A stretch of DNA of 64,000 nucleotides from Rhynchobatus australiae (taxonomy: Eukaryota). A model generated the notes under the pieces. The model saw nothing but the letters and a program-made list of their open reading frames with translations. It did no database searches and was not told where the DNA came from. The stretch spans positions 64,872,976 to 64,936,975 of the forward strand of contig JAUZTB010000001.1 of the NCBI GenBank assembly GCA_034780895.1. The letters are read 5' to 3'. The position numbers and the translations under genes are program-made. Every line of letters starts with the position of its first letter. Position 1 is the first letter of the stretch. Below, in pieces: positions 14,252 through 27,035 of the stretch.

Positions 14252-16267
14252 TGTATATCTCTATTTAACTACCTATATATTTTATATCTACTCGCCCCTC
14301 TCTAACTCTCACACGGTGGTAAGAGGTGGGCCAACTGTTTGATTTCCACCTGCATTTCATGGAAGGAATGAAGTGAATGCTTTGGAGAGGGTGTTGAAGA
14401 AAGTGAAAGAAGAGTATTGGGAATAACGCCCAGAAATGCGAAATGGAGCCAGAATTGAATCTTTAACACTGTGATCCCCAATCCCCACCCCCCCCCCCCC
14501 GCCAAGTGCGAAGGAAGGGAGGCTATTAGTCGCGTAGATTCCTTAAAGTCGCCTCTTTAGATGTTATGAACAACATCCGGAAAAGATGGCTACAAGCTTC
14601 AATTTATAGACAGAAAAGATAATGGAAGATCACCGTGTGGGGACAGGGCGCTGCGGGATCCACCGCTGCGTCCCATGCCTGGCATCACCTTCAGCCAGTA
14701 GCGGCTTTGTATCAGCATTCCAGAAAGTAGGAGTTTTTTTGTGTGTGTTAGGAGAGGTAACGGCGAAGGATAATGGGCGGGATGTCATATTACAAATCGA
14801 GGAGTTTAAAGGGCACCGGTTAAGGCCTGGCCAATATGTGCCGAAGAGAGAGTAGGGCAGATGGTGGGCAGGGGGAAGATCTAAAGGAGGAAGGTCGGGT
14901 AAGAAAATTCAATGGACATCAAAGATCACCCGTGTGTTTCAAATGAGCTCACTTTTGGGCCCCTAGAGTTTAACGACTCACCAGCCTGCCATGAAATGGT
15001 TAATTCTCTCCAATTTTGGCGACTGTTCGCGACAACCCCGGGAAACTAATTGGCGACCTTTTTGTTGTGAACGGCCAACACTTGGAGCCCTCCTCCAGTC
15101 TTTATCGACAGAGCTCTGCGTCTTGTAGGATCCTTGCTGGCAACCTGTTTCCTCTCTCCCGCCTGCTACAATATCAGGGGTGATGTGAACGTCCAGTTTC
15201 ACAGACGTCCCGTCTCCGGACGCTATCTACCTCACTAACTCGTTTCCATAATATTTTACTGCACGTTTACTTTATAGTATATGTATCTCCCAGAGGCACA
15301 TTTGTTTTCTCCTCTGTCTTTCTCAAGACCTGGCGCAGAGAGATCTGTAAAATCAGTGTTTTAAAAATCTAGGTTTTTAAGAAGAGTTAGCAACCTCTGG
15401 ACTGTGTGAAACTGACTAACCGAGTCTCAGACTTGAAACCTGTTTTCTTTGTGTTTATACGAAGATCTTTAGATACCTTCAGTTCGCATTCTTTCTACAG
15501 AACCAGCACACATTGTTAAAAAAAACAGCAGGCCTTGAAAGCTTGAACAATCTGGCTCACTCTCCATACTGATTTGGACCATTCTATGTCCCAGATACAA
15601 GCGAGTGATTGAGCTAATTCTGATCTGGAGTTAGGTGCAAAGGTTCCATTTGGTGAGCTGGTTGCCTTACTTTCTGTTTTAGTCGTTAGTTAGGATTGAA
15701 TTCCCGCAGGCTCGGGCTGTTTTGCTGATTATCTATTATTACTGCAGATGTGCTCAGCATATTCACATATACATACACGGGTGACATATTATGGATATCT
15801 GCTAATCCTTGACATATAATATCCAAGCATATTATCTGGAATTTTCAGAAAAAAATAAGGGAAATGAGAAGANNNNNNNNNNNNNNNNNNNNNNNNNNNN
15901 NNNNNNNNNNNNNNNNNNNNNNNNNNNNNNNNNNNNNNNNNNNNNNNNNNNNNNNNNNNNNNNNNNNNNNNNTTTTCAGAAAAAAATAAGGATAGTGAAT
16001 TAAAACAATATTGTTCTTATCATTTCTAAAGCTTTGTCTAATTCTACTTTTCCGTTGTTTGTCACAATAGAGTTTAAAAAATTCGGAAATGAGAGTTTTT
16101 ACAATTGACTGTATTGCTAAATTGGTTTTAATATACCGAGAGTTTTTTTTAACTTTTGCTTAAAACATGCAACCCCTTCCCACAGAAACGATTAAAGAGG
16201 ACTAATTCTGAATCTCCAGAACAATTTTACCATACAACTGCCTCGTACACTCAATAGGTGGTAAAAC

Positions 16268-17047
16268 TTTAATAAATAAACTAGCAAGATTTACACGCGA
16301 TAGGAAAAAACAGTAATAATGTGAAGCTTTGCTAATTCCAGGTTTACTCGGGGCGAACATGCAGTACCACAGGTGCTGATATTTTACGTTTGCTTTTCTT
16401 GATCTGCTTTGGTGCCATTGTATGCGCTTCAGTATTTTTTCTCTCTCTAAATTATCTCCATGATAAACCTCAACGACCGACTATGTTTATTCTAATGCAT
16501 ACAATGTACAGAAGGATCCCCAGCGTGTCTTGGGTGAACGATGTCCTTCCTGAATGCAGATTCATCCGATTGCCAGCACACTCTTCCCATACTAAACGAC
16601 GATATTTCACATCTTTAAAAATCACTGCTTGTTGTTGTCACGTAGTTGGAAACTTTAGTTCATTGCTCAGTCTGGAAGGACTCTTCTGAGAGTTCAAAGC
16701 GAGTATCTGTTGAGACGTGGCCGATATTTCAGCGTGGCCGTCTGTGGGAAGAGAAATCCCACTCAACACCAGCTCCCTCCGTCGATTCCAGCAACCTTTT
16801 TAACAGCCTGTCAACGCACAAAACAGAAAGGCGACTTTAACCACTCATCCCATACACTTAACGAGCAAACCACAGAAAGAAAATACACAGCATAAAGTCA
16901 AACGCGTCGCAATGATCTGAATCAAAGGAGCGAGCGGTGGCCGGGGAACGCGACTGGGGGAAATGGCCGTTTTAATAATGGGATCAGATAGCCATTGTTT
17001 ACTTCATTACTCAGTAAATCTAAGTGGACTGATGAGGAGGTTTTATT
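16268..17047 (-). promoter_or_regulatory. twist2: Candidate twist2 polyadenylation signals (AATAAA 17042-17047; ATTAAA 16268-16273)
   Basis: Hexamers on the minus strand downstream of the predicted 3'UTR exon; which is used is unknown. Confidence 0.35.
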
Positions 17048-17680
17048 TGCAAGTAATATGATATGATGATGTCTTATTTGCACTGTTCATTTCCTTTATA
17101 TTGACAATAGTAGCACTGCGAACATTAGGTTGATTAGATAGGTGAGACAATTTCTAAACAATCAGTAATCGCCTTCATGTGAAAATTTGCAGTTTGCTAA
17201 CGGAAACATGGTGCGATACTAGATTGGTCCCAATGCTGAGTTGTTCTTATTGTCCTGTTCTCAATCCTGATGGAGATTATCATCATCCTGGGATTCACAT
17301 CCATCTCTGGCACACTGGTCTTCCCAGATCCAATATTTATTTAAAACAAAACCCTGAAGTCCGTGATAGTCTTTCACAATCACCGAAAATAATATTAAAA
17401 TCCAATTTATTACTTAACATATAAATAACCTAAACTCAGACTTCATCCGCTGTAACTTTCACTCAACTTCATCAATCTTTTTAAAACTATTTACTTTTTG
17501 TGAATGACGTTTGTAAACATAAACCCCGACCAGTCAGCGGGCGCTCACATTTTTAACATTAGAATTATTCCCTTTGGGGAAATATATTTTGTTAGCAAAT
17601 AGACAGTCCAGACTAAAATTTGTAATCTGTAAGGACGTTGTAATGAGAAAATGACGGGGTCTGGTTAGTGTTACTGTATT

Positions 17681-17892
17681 CTAAAGAAAAAAAAGTTAGC
17701 CATCAAAAGTGAAAGATCTGGGAACTGAGTTTACTCCGTAAAGAGACCAGAGTATATGTTTCCACAACTGTTTCATAAACAGTAAGCGTGTGTTTCAGTC
17801 TGCCATCCCCGCTGCCCCCCTTCTCCACTTCTACCGATCTCCAGGACACAGGGTGCAAACTGCAAGAGTAAAATTTTAAAGAGTTCACGTAC
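17681..17892 (-). other. twist2: Predicted intron in the twist2 3'UTR
   Basis: Donor CCG|GTACGT 11 nt after the stop codon. Candidate acceptor with CTAAC branch point, T-rich tract and TAG ending at 17681. Vertebrate Twist genes have an intron just after the stop codon. Confidence 0.6.
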
Positions 17893-17903
17893 CGGCTTGG
17901 GCG

Positions 17904-18389
17904 CTAGTGGGTGGCCGACATTGACCAGGCTCCTTCCATCCTCCACACGGAGAACGCGTAACTCAGTCTCTCGTGGGCCACATAGCTACAGCTGGACATT
18001 TTTTGGTCCATTTCGTCGCTCTGCAAGACCTGGTAGAGGAAGTCGATGTACCTGGCAGCCAGCTTGAGGGTCTGGATTTTGCTGAGTTTGTCGGACGGCA
18101 GGGTGGGGATGATTTTCCTGAGCGACGAGAACGCCTCGTTGAGAGACTGAGTCCTCTGGCGCTCCCTCACGTTGGCCAGGATCCGCTGATTCTGCAGCTC
18201 CTCGTAAGACTGCGAGCTTGGGCTGGACTTTTTGTTTCTTTTGCCGGGGTTCGGGCTCCCGTCCTCGCTGGATTTTTTGCTGTACCTCCTCTTTATGTCG
18301 TACCTCTTCTGCTGTCTGTCCGCCTCCTCCTCGCTGCTCGCTAGACTGTCCGCCGGAGAAACAGGGGCACTGCTCGGGCTTTCTTGCAT
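17904..18389 (-). CDS. twist2: Twist-related bHLH transcription factor 2 (161 aa; an in-frame ATG at 18404 would add MPSDI)
   Basis: Translation [87 protein letters not shown] contains the Twist bHLH and WR box. [20 protein letters not shown] and the lack of Gly-rich tracts match TWIST2 rather than TWIST1. Confidence 0.95.
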   Translation of the reverse strand: MQESPSSAPVSPADSLASSEEEADRQQKRYDIKRRYSKKSSEDGSPNPGKRNKKSSPSSQSYEELQNQRILANVRERQRTQSLNEAFSSLRKIIPTLPSDKLSKIQTLKLAARYIDFLYQVLQSDEMDQKMSSCSYVAHERLSYAFSVWRMEGAWSMSATH

Positions 18390-18569
18390 GATGTCTGACG
18401 GCATGCCACACCGCCCTGGGAGAGGGGGTTGCGGGAAGGAAAGTAGAAACAGAATCAAAGGAGCAAAGTGACTTATCCTCCCGCTACAGAACAAAACCCG
18501 GGAAAGAACCCCCTTCTCGCCTAAAATGGGGACCGAGTTTGGTAGAGTCAGAAACTTCACCAAGTATTT

Positions 18570-18800
18570 CCCAACTTTTTTGGCTGATTATTGGGAATAA
18601 GAGTGGCTGGAAAGTTGTTACGAGTGCGGAGGTGGCAGGAGTCTGTGATTGGCTGCGACGGGGGTGTAGGAGGGGCCAACTCTTTCAGGAGGCTGACAGT
18701 TAAAGATAATATTTTAGTCGGGGGGAAAAAAAACTTCAGCCAGCCGTGGAGAACGTCATATATTACACTCCTGCAATTAAAAGGGAGACAGTTATCCCCA
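18570..18800 (-). promoter_or_regulatory. twist2: twist2 proximal promoter / 5' region
   Basis: CAGCCAATCA CCAAT box (18648-18652) and a TAATATATGACGT TATA/CRE-like element (~18754-18766), immediately 5' of the CDS in CpG-rich DNA. Confidence 0.4.
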
Positions 18801-21118
18801 AATTTACTCTCCCTCTCTTTCGGTGCCAAAGGCAACAAAACATTAATAGGTCATTTTTACCAAGTCGGGGAGAGGCGAGCGCGCCCAAGGATTTTGTATC
18901 AGGAGGTGGAAAATGTTATTTGCACTAAAAGTAGCAATTCAATTTACAATAAGTATGGATGTTAAATTTGGAAGCACCTCCGAACTCCCTCTCATCCCAG
19001 CGCCGCTCCATTCACACCTAGCAGTCTGTAATATTATTAGTAAACTTATCCCCAGGGATGTAATTTTCAAACGTGCTTGAGATATTCTCAGGACTGTTCA
19101 GGAGTCGAGTTTACTTCCCTTGGGAGTACATATCTATTCCTCTCTCTGTCTTTCTTTTTCTCTCTCCCCGGCCCCAACTCCCAACCCTTGAGCAAAGTAA
19201 CACCTTCGCATAAAGACAATGCTCGGCCCGAGCATCTCGAGCAACCCCCCCTAGTTATTGACTGTGTACAGTCAAGTACACAGGGAAAACGTGCCCTGAC
19301 CGAGTGAAGAAGTGTAGCCCCGTTTTCCAGTGTTAGCTACGATGAAATGCTCCTTCACGGGTTGACAGGTAAAATGGGAAGTCTTTTGCTAAATTTTACC
19401 ACAGCGTTGACAGTATTAAAATACATTGACTGCATGGAATGAAATGCAAGTAGGAAAATCGACAGGCGACGTGTGATCTGTGACTGGTGGCACCTTAAGT
19501 CCTGATGCCTGGGATCTTGTGCCTGTGCATACGCCATGCCCCCAGAGCCTTCCACCAACTGGGGTGGAGTTGTCCTTGCGACCACGATCCAATTCATAAA
19601 GGCCAAACAGCTTCAGGAACATTCATGGCGAAATAACATCTGTAGACACGCTCATTAAACAATTGGACAATTCCCAAGCAGCGCACTAAGAGGTTAGATG
19701 CCGGTGACCCGCTCTAAAGTTAACGATCAGACTCATGAGAATGGAACGGCCACGGAAAGAGTGCAGTTATCTGTGATAGCACGACCCTGCCTTTAACAAA
19801 ACGAGAACACTTGCCTATCTTGTTAAACTAAACAGTCCTAACTCAAGTCCTGGCTCATCATGGTTCCCTGATAATTGAAAAACGGGATATTGCCACCGAG
19901 TTCTGCAAGTTGTTCAAACCGCCTAGAAATGCGGGGTACGGTTCCCTCCCTTTCCAATTCAGGTTTGTGATGTTCTGTGTCGAAAGACAAACCTGCTGTA
20001 ACGACAAAACACGGAAATGTCTACAACTACTTGAATTCTATTATATTAATCCTATGATGTATTTTTAAGAAGTAAGTTTAGGTTGGTAAACCGGCATCTA
20101 ATTACAGCGCCCCAGTCACTANNNNNNNNNNNNNNNNNNNNNNNNNNNNNNNNNNNNNNNNNNNNNNNNNNNNNNNNNNNNNNNNNNNNNNNNNNNNNNN
20201 NNNNNNNNNNNNNNNNNNNNNAGTCACTAAACGAGGACCATAATTTGCTTAGTAACCATGCTGCCCGTTGATATTAAGTGACCATTGCGTACAACACAAT
20301 GTAAACTTAAAATATAATAATTAACTTTCACAACCTTTTTAAATTTCACAATTTTATTAGGGATTCGGGCTATTTGAAGAAAAAGATTATTTTTATCTTG
20401 TTAACGATTGCTCCTCGCCAATCTGATTCTCATGGCCCTGTGACGGGAGGGGTTGGGTTAGGTTGTGAAGCCTCAGAATTTACAGCAAACTGTAAAAATA
20501 CCGAACGCTTGTGAAATCTTGTCATCGCTGCTCCATCTTTCAATGGCAAGTGTGTGTGTTTTTGGACAATCGTCCCTTGAGTCCACACCGAGGCGACTCA
20601 TTCACTTTTTGTCTCTCTCCGTCTTTTCCCAAGTATTTCAGTCTGAGATTCCGATTCCCCATGGAACTATAGGATTCTTCAATCCTGCGTGCCGTTCCCA
20701 CGGTAACCCACAATATCACCTCTTAAAATCGTTTCGTATTATTAATAGCAACTGGCACAATAATATCTGCTATATTTGTTGCATCTTATTGAATTTATCG
20801 ACAAACACTTAACTTTACCCTAAGTTAACAATTAAACATTCAGTTCATTCACAAAGGTGACAACTCAAGAATTTCTTTGTCGGTACATGGTCTTCAAACA
20901 AATAAGTAAAATGTATTCCTGTATTAGTGGAGTCACGGCCGTGGTTGGAAGAAAAGTCAACATTTGACATCCAGACAAGCTTTGTTCTATCCCACTTTTA
21001 TAAAGGGCTCCACGTTCTGTCGCCGGGGATTTCTATTTGCACTTAAAGATTCACAGCTTCAAACTCCTATCCTTTAGTTAGATTTTACAGCTCCTTCCTC
21101 TCACCCTCCCTCCCAGTC

Positions 21119-21250
21119 ATAATTCCAAGTCTTCGGGATGAGTTATGAGGTACACCTCGTGACTCCATAACTCACCTCGAAAACTTGGAATTATATAATG
21201 CAATTATTTTTGAAAAGAGGAATTTTTTTGGAATAATGATCAGCAAAGTA
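21119..21250. repeat. Palindromic ancient repeat, Eulor11-like
   Basis: 29-bp inverted arms (26/29 matched) at 21119-21147 and 21166-21194, followed by ATAATGCAATTATTTTTGAAAAGAGGAA; resembles the Eulor11 consensus as recalled. Confidence 0.55.
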
Positions 21251-21260
21251 AATCAATATC

Positions 21261-21261
<1 letters not shown>

Positions 21262-21295
<34 letters not shown>
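21262..21295. repeat. (TG)n(AG)n compound microsatellite
   Basis: Seen directly. Confidence 0.9.
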
Positions 21296-24252
21296 AAAGA
21301 GACAATTAGATGAAAAGGTACTTAAAGCGATATTTCACCCCCACCTTCCGCTCAAAATACGATTATTATGTAGCCATACAACCCGGAGGGGATCAAAATA
21401 GAGCGAGATGAATAGCGTTTGAATAGCATTTGATGCACTCAGGTTTGTGGCTCCCTGGCGGCTAGATTCTGTGGACGGTTTCATATCACGCGATCATTTA
21501 ATGGCTCGTTAGTGTTTTAATGTGTTATTAATTCCCAATCTCAATCGCGGGATCACCGGCGCCTTTCATCTACTTCCCTGGGAAGGAGGGGGAAAGAGAT
21601 GCAAATTTTTATTGCAAATTTTCAACAAATAAAGAAAGGTATTACTTTGTTACCCGATAATAGACCTTCTGTTGAAAATTCGTGTGGGATGCATTGAGAT
21701 TGAACAGTTTCTAAAGGGAAATGTAACGGAATGTATTAATAGGATCGAGTTTTAGAGGGATGTCTATAACTTTCAAACATAATCTGAAGTAATAATTGCA
21801 TCCCATGAAAAACTAGGACAGTTCTATTCAAAATTGAATGCAGAGAACCAGCCCTCCAAATCTTTCAACGCCAACNNNNNNNNNNCCTGACTGAGGCACC
21901 TTTTTGCCACCACCGCTTGATTCTTCCAGAAAAACGTTCAGTAAAGTAAATCTTAGGGTTTATCCGCACAGGCTTTGCCTCAGGTACGAATGGTGGCAGG
22001 CATCGAGACGGTGTGAGAGCGTATAATACAATCAATATAATCAATGCTTTTGGTAAACAGTATTTAACGCAAATGAACCGACGGTTCGTTTATCAATTCC
22101 GGAAGTACTTAAAGCAAAAGGAATTTGCATTTAAATCGGATTGATCGTTGTCCGAGCTTTAATTCCTGACAGATCGGGGTTGGCTCCTGATGCTTAAGCG
22201 AAGAAATGAGCAGAAAATTGTGGTTTTCCCCGCTGAGGATTTTTTTGGAGTGAGGTGGGTGGGGGTAGTGCAGCAGTGGTCACTCTCAGTTCCACGACGA
22301 CAGTAACTGCTCGGTAAAATCTAATGATGAACTTTTTGTCATTAAAGACTGTGTTTCTCCTATTCCGGTTTCGGAAAAGCGCCAACCCCACGTTTTCTGT
22401 TTAAAACAAACTTTCGCTTAAATCATTCAATGTTCCCCAAATCTATTAACTTACTTTTCGCTCTGTCTTTAACAATTAAACATAAATTTCTTTGAAAATC
22501 ATTATTCTGTTATGCTTCGTGGGCTAATAGTTATACAGAGCTGTTACCTGTAAAATGGTTGTCAGATAATATTGTAAACCTCACAAGTACTCGAATCTTT
22601 TTATAATTAATTTGCGTAAAATGTACACACCAATGGCATCTGCTTTGGTAATCCGACAAGATCGTCCTCTGTACTAGTATTGACCGCTGCTGCCAATATC
22701 AGGTTAATCAGGAGGATTTTAAAGGCATCAAATATAAAAGATTTCATTTTAAAAGTATTTTCATTGCTTTTGGGCGTTATAATAAACTCAATTTGTGTCA
22801 GATTCGTTTGAATGGGGCACTTGTTCCGCTTTATTTTACAAACAAAACTCTAAGGTTTCGTGAGTAACTCCACTTCGAAACATTTTTCTGATTCCTCTTG
22901 TCACCAGTGGTGTGTAAAGTCACTTTGTAATTTGGGATTAGAGATCGCAGTGGGAATAAGTGTGTTGTGTTAATCCTCGTGAGCATCTGATTAGTTTCAT
23001 TCCGCAACACTGACACTAGAGGGTGCTAATTTCACGTTTGGACCCTTCCCCAGGTTTGATGTGTTTAAAGAAAGTAACAATGAATAACAATGCGTATTAT
23101 TCCACGTACTCAGTTAACATCTTTATGCTTAAAATTGCTAGGCGGCGAAGGCAAGGTAGCAGTTTCCATGTGCTGAGATCCAGTTTGCTTCTGAATGATT
23201 CTTAACTAATTAGTGGCAGTAACAAATGTAAAGACAAACCGATAACTAAGCCTTTTCCATTATTATTATCGTATAATTTAGACAAGTCCTGGGTGCAGCA
23301 TTAATAATGGTTCAAAAATTGGCCAATGTGTGGAATTGCTAGGTTTAATGGAAACCACCTTAATCCAACAATGCGTTCTCAATGCGTTTCTCAATGCCCT
23401 ATTTCGTCTGAAATAGTGTCAAACAACTAAAATCAGTGTTTTTGTGTTATAATCCGCTGGAAATAGATTATGTCTCGGCGTGGGGTAAATATACCCACCT
23501 CTGTAGCTGATCTGATTTTCTCATTGGGAAGCTTTGATCATGCAGTTTCAATATCCAGATCACAACTATACTTGGTATAATTCTGATCAGGAGGTTGTCT
23601 TTGGGTGCATTTAATGCGAACCAGGAAGGAGAATCCTTAATCTGTTGCATTACTAAAAGGAAGATTTTAACCGTTATATTAAGAAGAGTAAGACTTAAAC
23701 TATCGCATATTGGAAAATGATCCTTGACTCTTTAAAATATATTTTTTAAATGACGAAATGTTGAAGTGCCACTTTTTTTCTGAGATTTTGACTTGAGTGG
23801 TAACAAGGAGTGGGGGACAGATTGTACACTGGCTGCTCTATGTCCCGATAGGACAGGCAGGTTGGAATACTTGATATGTCAATATACCAGGTATAAGGTG
23901 TACCTGTGTGGAGATTTGACATCACCCTGGTCTTGGAAAGCTTTTAAAAAATGTTTCAAACCGCTGTAAACAGGTTAGCATTTTAATATTACAAGTTAGC
24001 TATATTGTTTTGGGGGATTTAAGTGTAAAGGACAAAATAATTCGAATACAAACTGTAACTCTTTTAATGGCGGGATGACATTAATTTAGAATTGCATTGC
24101 GGTTTAACAATTAATTGTTCATTATCTGGAAAGTTCTTCCCGAAATGACATCGTCATTAAGTGTTACGGGTAGGGCACAGTGTAATGCACAGGACATTTA
24201 GACGGAGATCGGTATCATTGCATCGTTGACATCATTTCTTTTGTCACTTTTA

Positions 24253-24375
24253 TTGATGCAGGGTCTCGACCGGAAACGTCAACCATCTCTTTGTTTCCAC
24301 GAATGCTGCTCGGCCCACTGAGTTTCTCCAGCATTTTTTCCCCTCCAGATTCCAGCATCTGCAATCACTTGTGTC
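24253..24375 (+). mobile_element. Penelope-like terminal fragment with a degenerate hammerhead motif
   Basis: TTGATGCAGGGTCTCGACCGGAAACGTC..CTGAGTTTCTCCAGCA..CCAGATTCCAGCATCTGCA. Confidence 0.65.
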
Positions 24376-25127
24376 ATCATTTTCTTTTTCTTCATTAAAT
24401 TCTTAACAAATACTCAATAATAAACACACATTTGCAGCATTGGTCCGATCCATAGTTCAGCAATAACACTAAACTAAAAATTCATTCGTTGTGAACATAA
24501 ATACTACCGGCACGCGTTCGACCGGCGGGAGAAGAGTCCAAGCCTAGCCACTTTCAAAATCAAAATTAATTCGATAACAGGCGGCAGGATTCAGGCAGAT
24601 TGTAATACTGAATTGTATCTGACCTCCGCAATTTTAAAGTCGAGCTTCCTTTCAGGAATATCGTTCTCACTGGTTTGACAAAACGAGATTTGTTTAACGT
24701 CACATGATAAAAATAAATCCTACAGTTAGTAGATAACCAGTCAATAATGCATCCGCCCTTTAATTTATCTCAAGCGCATCCTTTTAACCGTGTTACCTTT
24801 TTAACAAGTGATCTTGAGTTTTTAGGCGGTCGCGAGGGAAACATCGTCTTAACCTGCACCATAAATTATTTATTACTTTCCGATTGATGTGCCTTCTGCT
24901 TCACTGGAAAGAACACTAAATGAACGCCAGTTGACATGAGGTTTGGGGATTTCCAAGTTCGATTTATTCTCTGACTTCTGTTTAAATGTTTAGTTTGTAA
25001 CAGGTTTGAAGAAAAATTATAGCGAGGTCAATAGGGAATTTTGAATTCAAAATCTATTTTAAATCTATCAAAAACTTAAAAAAAACAGTAAAATGAATGA
25101 CCAGTCTCCCAAGCAGAACAAATTAGA

Positions 25128-25275
25128 CAAATAAAAACAGAAAATGCTGGAAATGCTCACCAGGTCAGGCAGCATCCGTGGAGAGAGAGAGACAGGGTTA
25201 ACACTACAGGTTGGTGACGTTTCATCAGAATTTTTTTTCCAGATTTTCAGGATCAGCACTATTTTGCTTTTGGAT
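25128..25275 (-). mobile_element. Penelope-like terminal fragment
   Basis: AAAACAGAAAATGCTGGAAATGCTCACCAGGTCAGGCAGCATC..TTTCATCAGAA, shared with many other copies. Confidence 0.65.
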
Positions 25276-26779
25276 TACAAATTGCTATTTGCTCTGGAAT
25301 CTGAGTGATCTGAAATTCGCTGTAAAAGCATACACGTCAACATCACCAGCAGAAGATCAGTCATCCAAGCACACCCACAGACAGGTACAGCTCCAGCTTC
25401 AGGTTGAAGTAGAATGCCGCTGGACCTGATGTGGACCGGCTTCATAACTGGGCGAGTGATTTATTGAGCTGCGAAGTTCACCACAGATCTCGCTTATTTC
25501 TGTATTATAAGGATTTGTAGATTAGTCGAGCAAGTACTGCAAATTTTCACGACAACAATCGGCGGTTAATTGTTGGCTTCTGGCCAACAGCACATTACAA
25601 TGTGGCAAAGCCTCACTGCCTCATGGTTCGACGCTTCAGTCGCACATGTACTGTCGGAGAAGGCTGGGGTAACCGCCTGGCTCCTCCCAGCAAGTCCCTC
25701 CATGCCGGCTGAGTCCACTGGGGCCGCCCAGCATAGGACATCGTCTTCGACAACGTCCCTTCATTTTGATGAAGTTGGATGGCCCAGTGCGGAAGTATGA
25801 CCCCAGAATGTGGAGAAAAACGAGTTGCTGGTCGCAGTCAAATATTTGCCACATTGGTAACGATGATGTCAATGATGCAATGCTATCGACCTTCGTCTAA
25901 AAGTCCTGTGCATTACATTGAGGAGGATGGCCAGCAGGAACCTTATTGCTCCTTGATTCATTATTAACCTGATAAAACCAGTATTTATTATCCGTCTCCA
26001 AATGCGCTTGAAAAGGTGGTAGTGAGTCTCCTCCTCTAACCATTCAATCGGTTAGTGAAAATAACCCCAGGCTGCTGTTAGGTACCGAGTTCCTGGATTT
26101 TGATCCCATGAAGACAATGGAAGAGCAGTGCAAGTTCAAAGGACCCACCAGTGCAGAGTGCTGTTTCGGAGGCGTGGTCTTCCCGACCAAACGGGAAACC
26201 CAGGCCTTATCTGCGCTCTCCAAGCAGCGCAGCGCCTTATTCCTTGTGAGTTGGGCCAATAGGCAAACTTTTCTCGGTTCCCGGACTCTCCCCATCCTCC
26301 TGGGCCTCCCGGTCGCTGACCGAGGTGGCGAAGTGTCGGGTGGTTTTGGAGGAAATTAGGGCTTCAGCCCGCAAACCACTTGAAGTCCTGCCACAGAACG
26401 CCCTCAACAGGAGGGAATACTTGTGGACAGGCCGTTGTCCTCTATCAGAGTCCGTCAGTTGTGGTAGTCTCAAAAGGTTTTTGCCATGTAGAGGCATTTA
26501 AAGAACTAGTAATTGTTTAAAAATTCAATTTTATTAAATAAACAGAATTAATTCCGCACTAATTCATTATTAAACAAGATTAAGCTCATTTAGTTGAACG
26601 GAAGCTCCGATCCAATGCCAGGTCTGACTAGGTAGGACCTCAGAGGCAGATTCCACAGCCTATTGCTGGACAATCCCAGCATGATCTGGTCCATGCGATG
26701 GGACAGACCGACAGATCCTCTGGCATCTGTGGCGCAGCTTGTGCCAGACCTACGGGATATTCCAATTTACTAACTGCTG

Positions 26780-27035
26780 AAAGCCAGCGGTTCCCTTGAG
26801 AGCCGCCAGCGTGCTCCATTTGCGCTTTCTTTATCCCATCCTCAACATCATAAAAGAGGACACGCGATCATTATCGCACTGCTGTCGGTGGGAGCTTGTG
26901 GTGCGGAAAATGACAACCTGTTTCTTAGATCATGATGGCGTTTGCAATCCACAACTGTCCATAAGGTATGTTGGGACATTTAGGAAAGGATGTGGACGGT
27001 TCCATAGTAGTATGAGTCTTTCCTTTGTTGAAGCC
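26780..27035 (+). mobile_element. Deu-domain SINE fragment
   Basis: ATCATTATCGCACTGCTGTCGGTGGGAGCTTGTGGTGCG, homologous to 9845-10230. Confidence 0.55.

Noticed and set aside
12496-14587. CRISPR-like reading of the 36-bp hairpin repeat
   Set aside because: Only two copies 2 kb apart, no spacer array, no cas genes, vertebrate context.
15841-15991. Duplicated TTTTCAGAAAAAAATAAGG on both sides of an N gap (similar cases at 20114-20229 and 31802-31844)
   Set aside because: Overlapping contig ends, an assembly artefact.
17973-18471. Antisense and alternate-frame ORFs over twist2
   Set aside because: Shadow ORFs of GC-rich coding sequence.
18405-18563. N-terminal extension of the 219-aa Twist ORF
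   Set aside because: Begins at a non-ATG codon and has no Twist similarity; likely 5'UTR.
25540-25900. Possible second Harbinger-like remnant or coding exon
   Set aside because: Similarity too weak to support by eye and no convincing splice structure.
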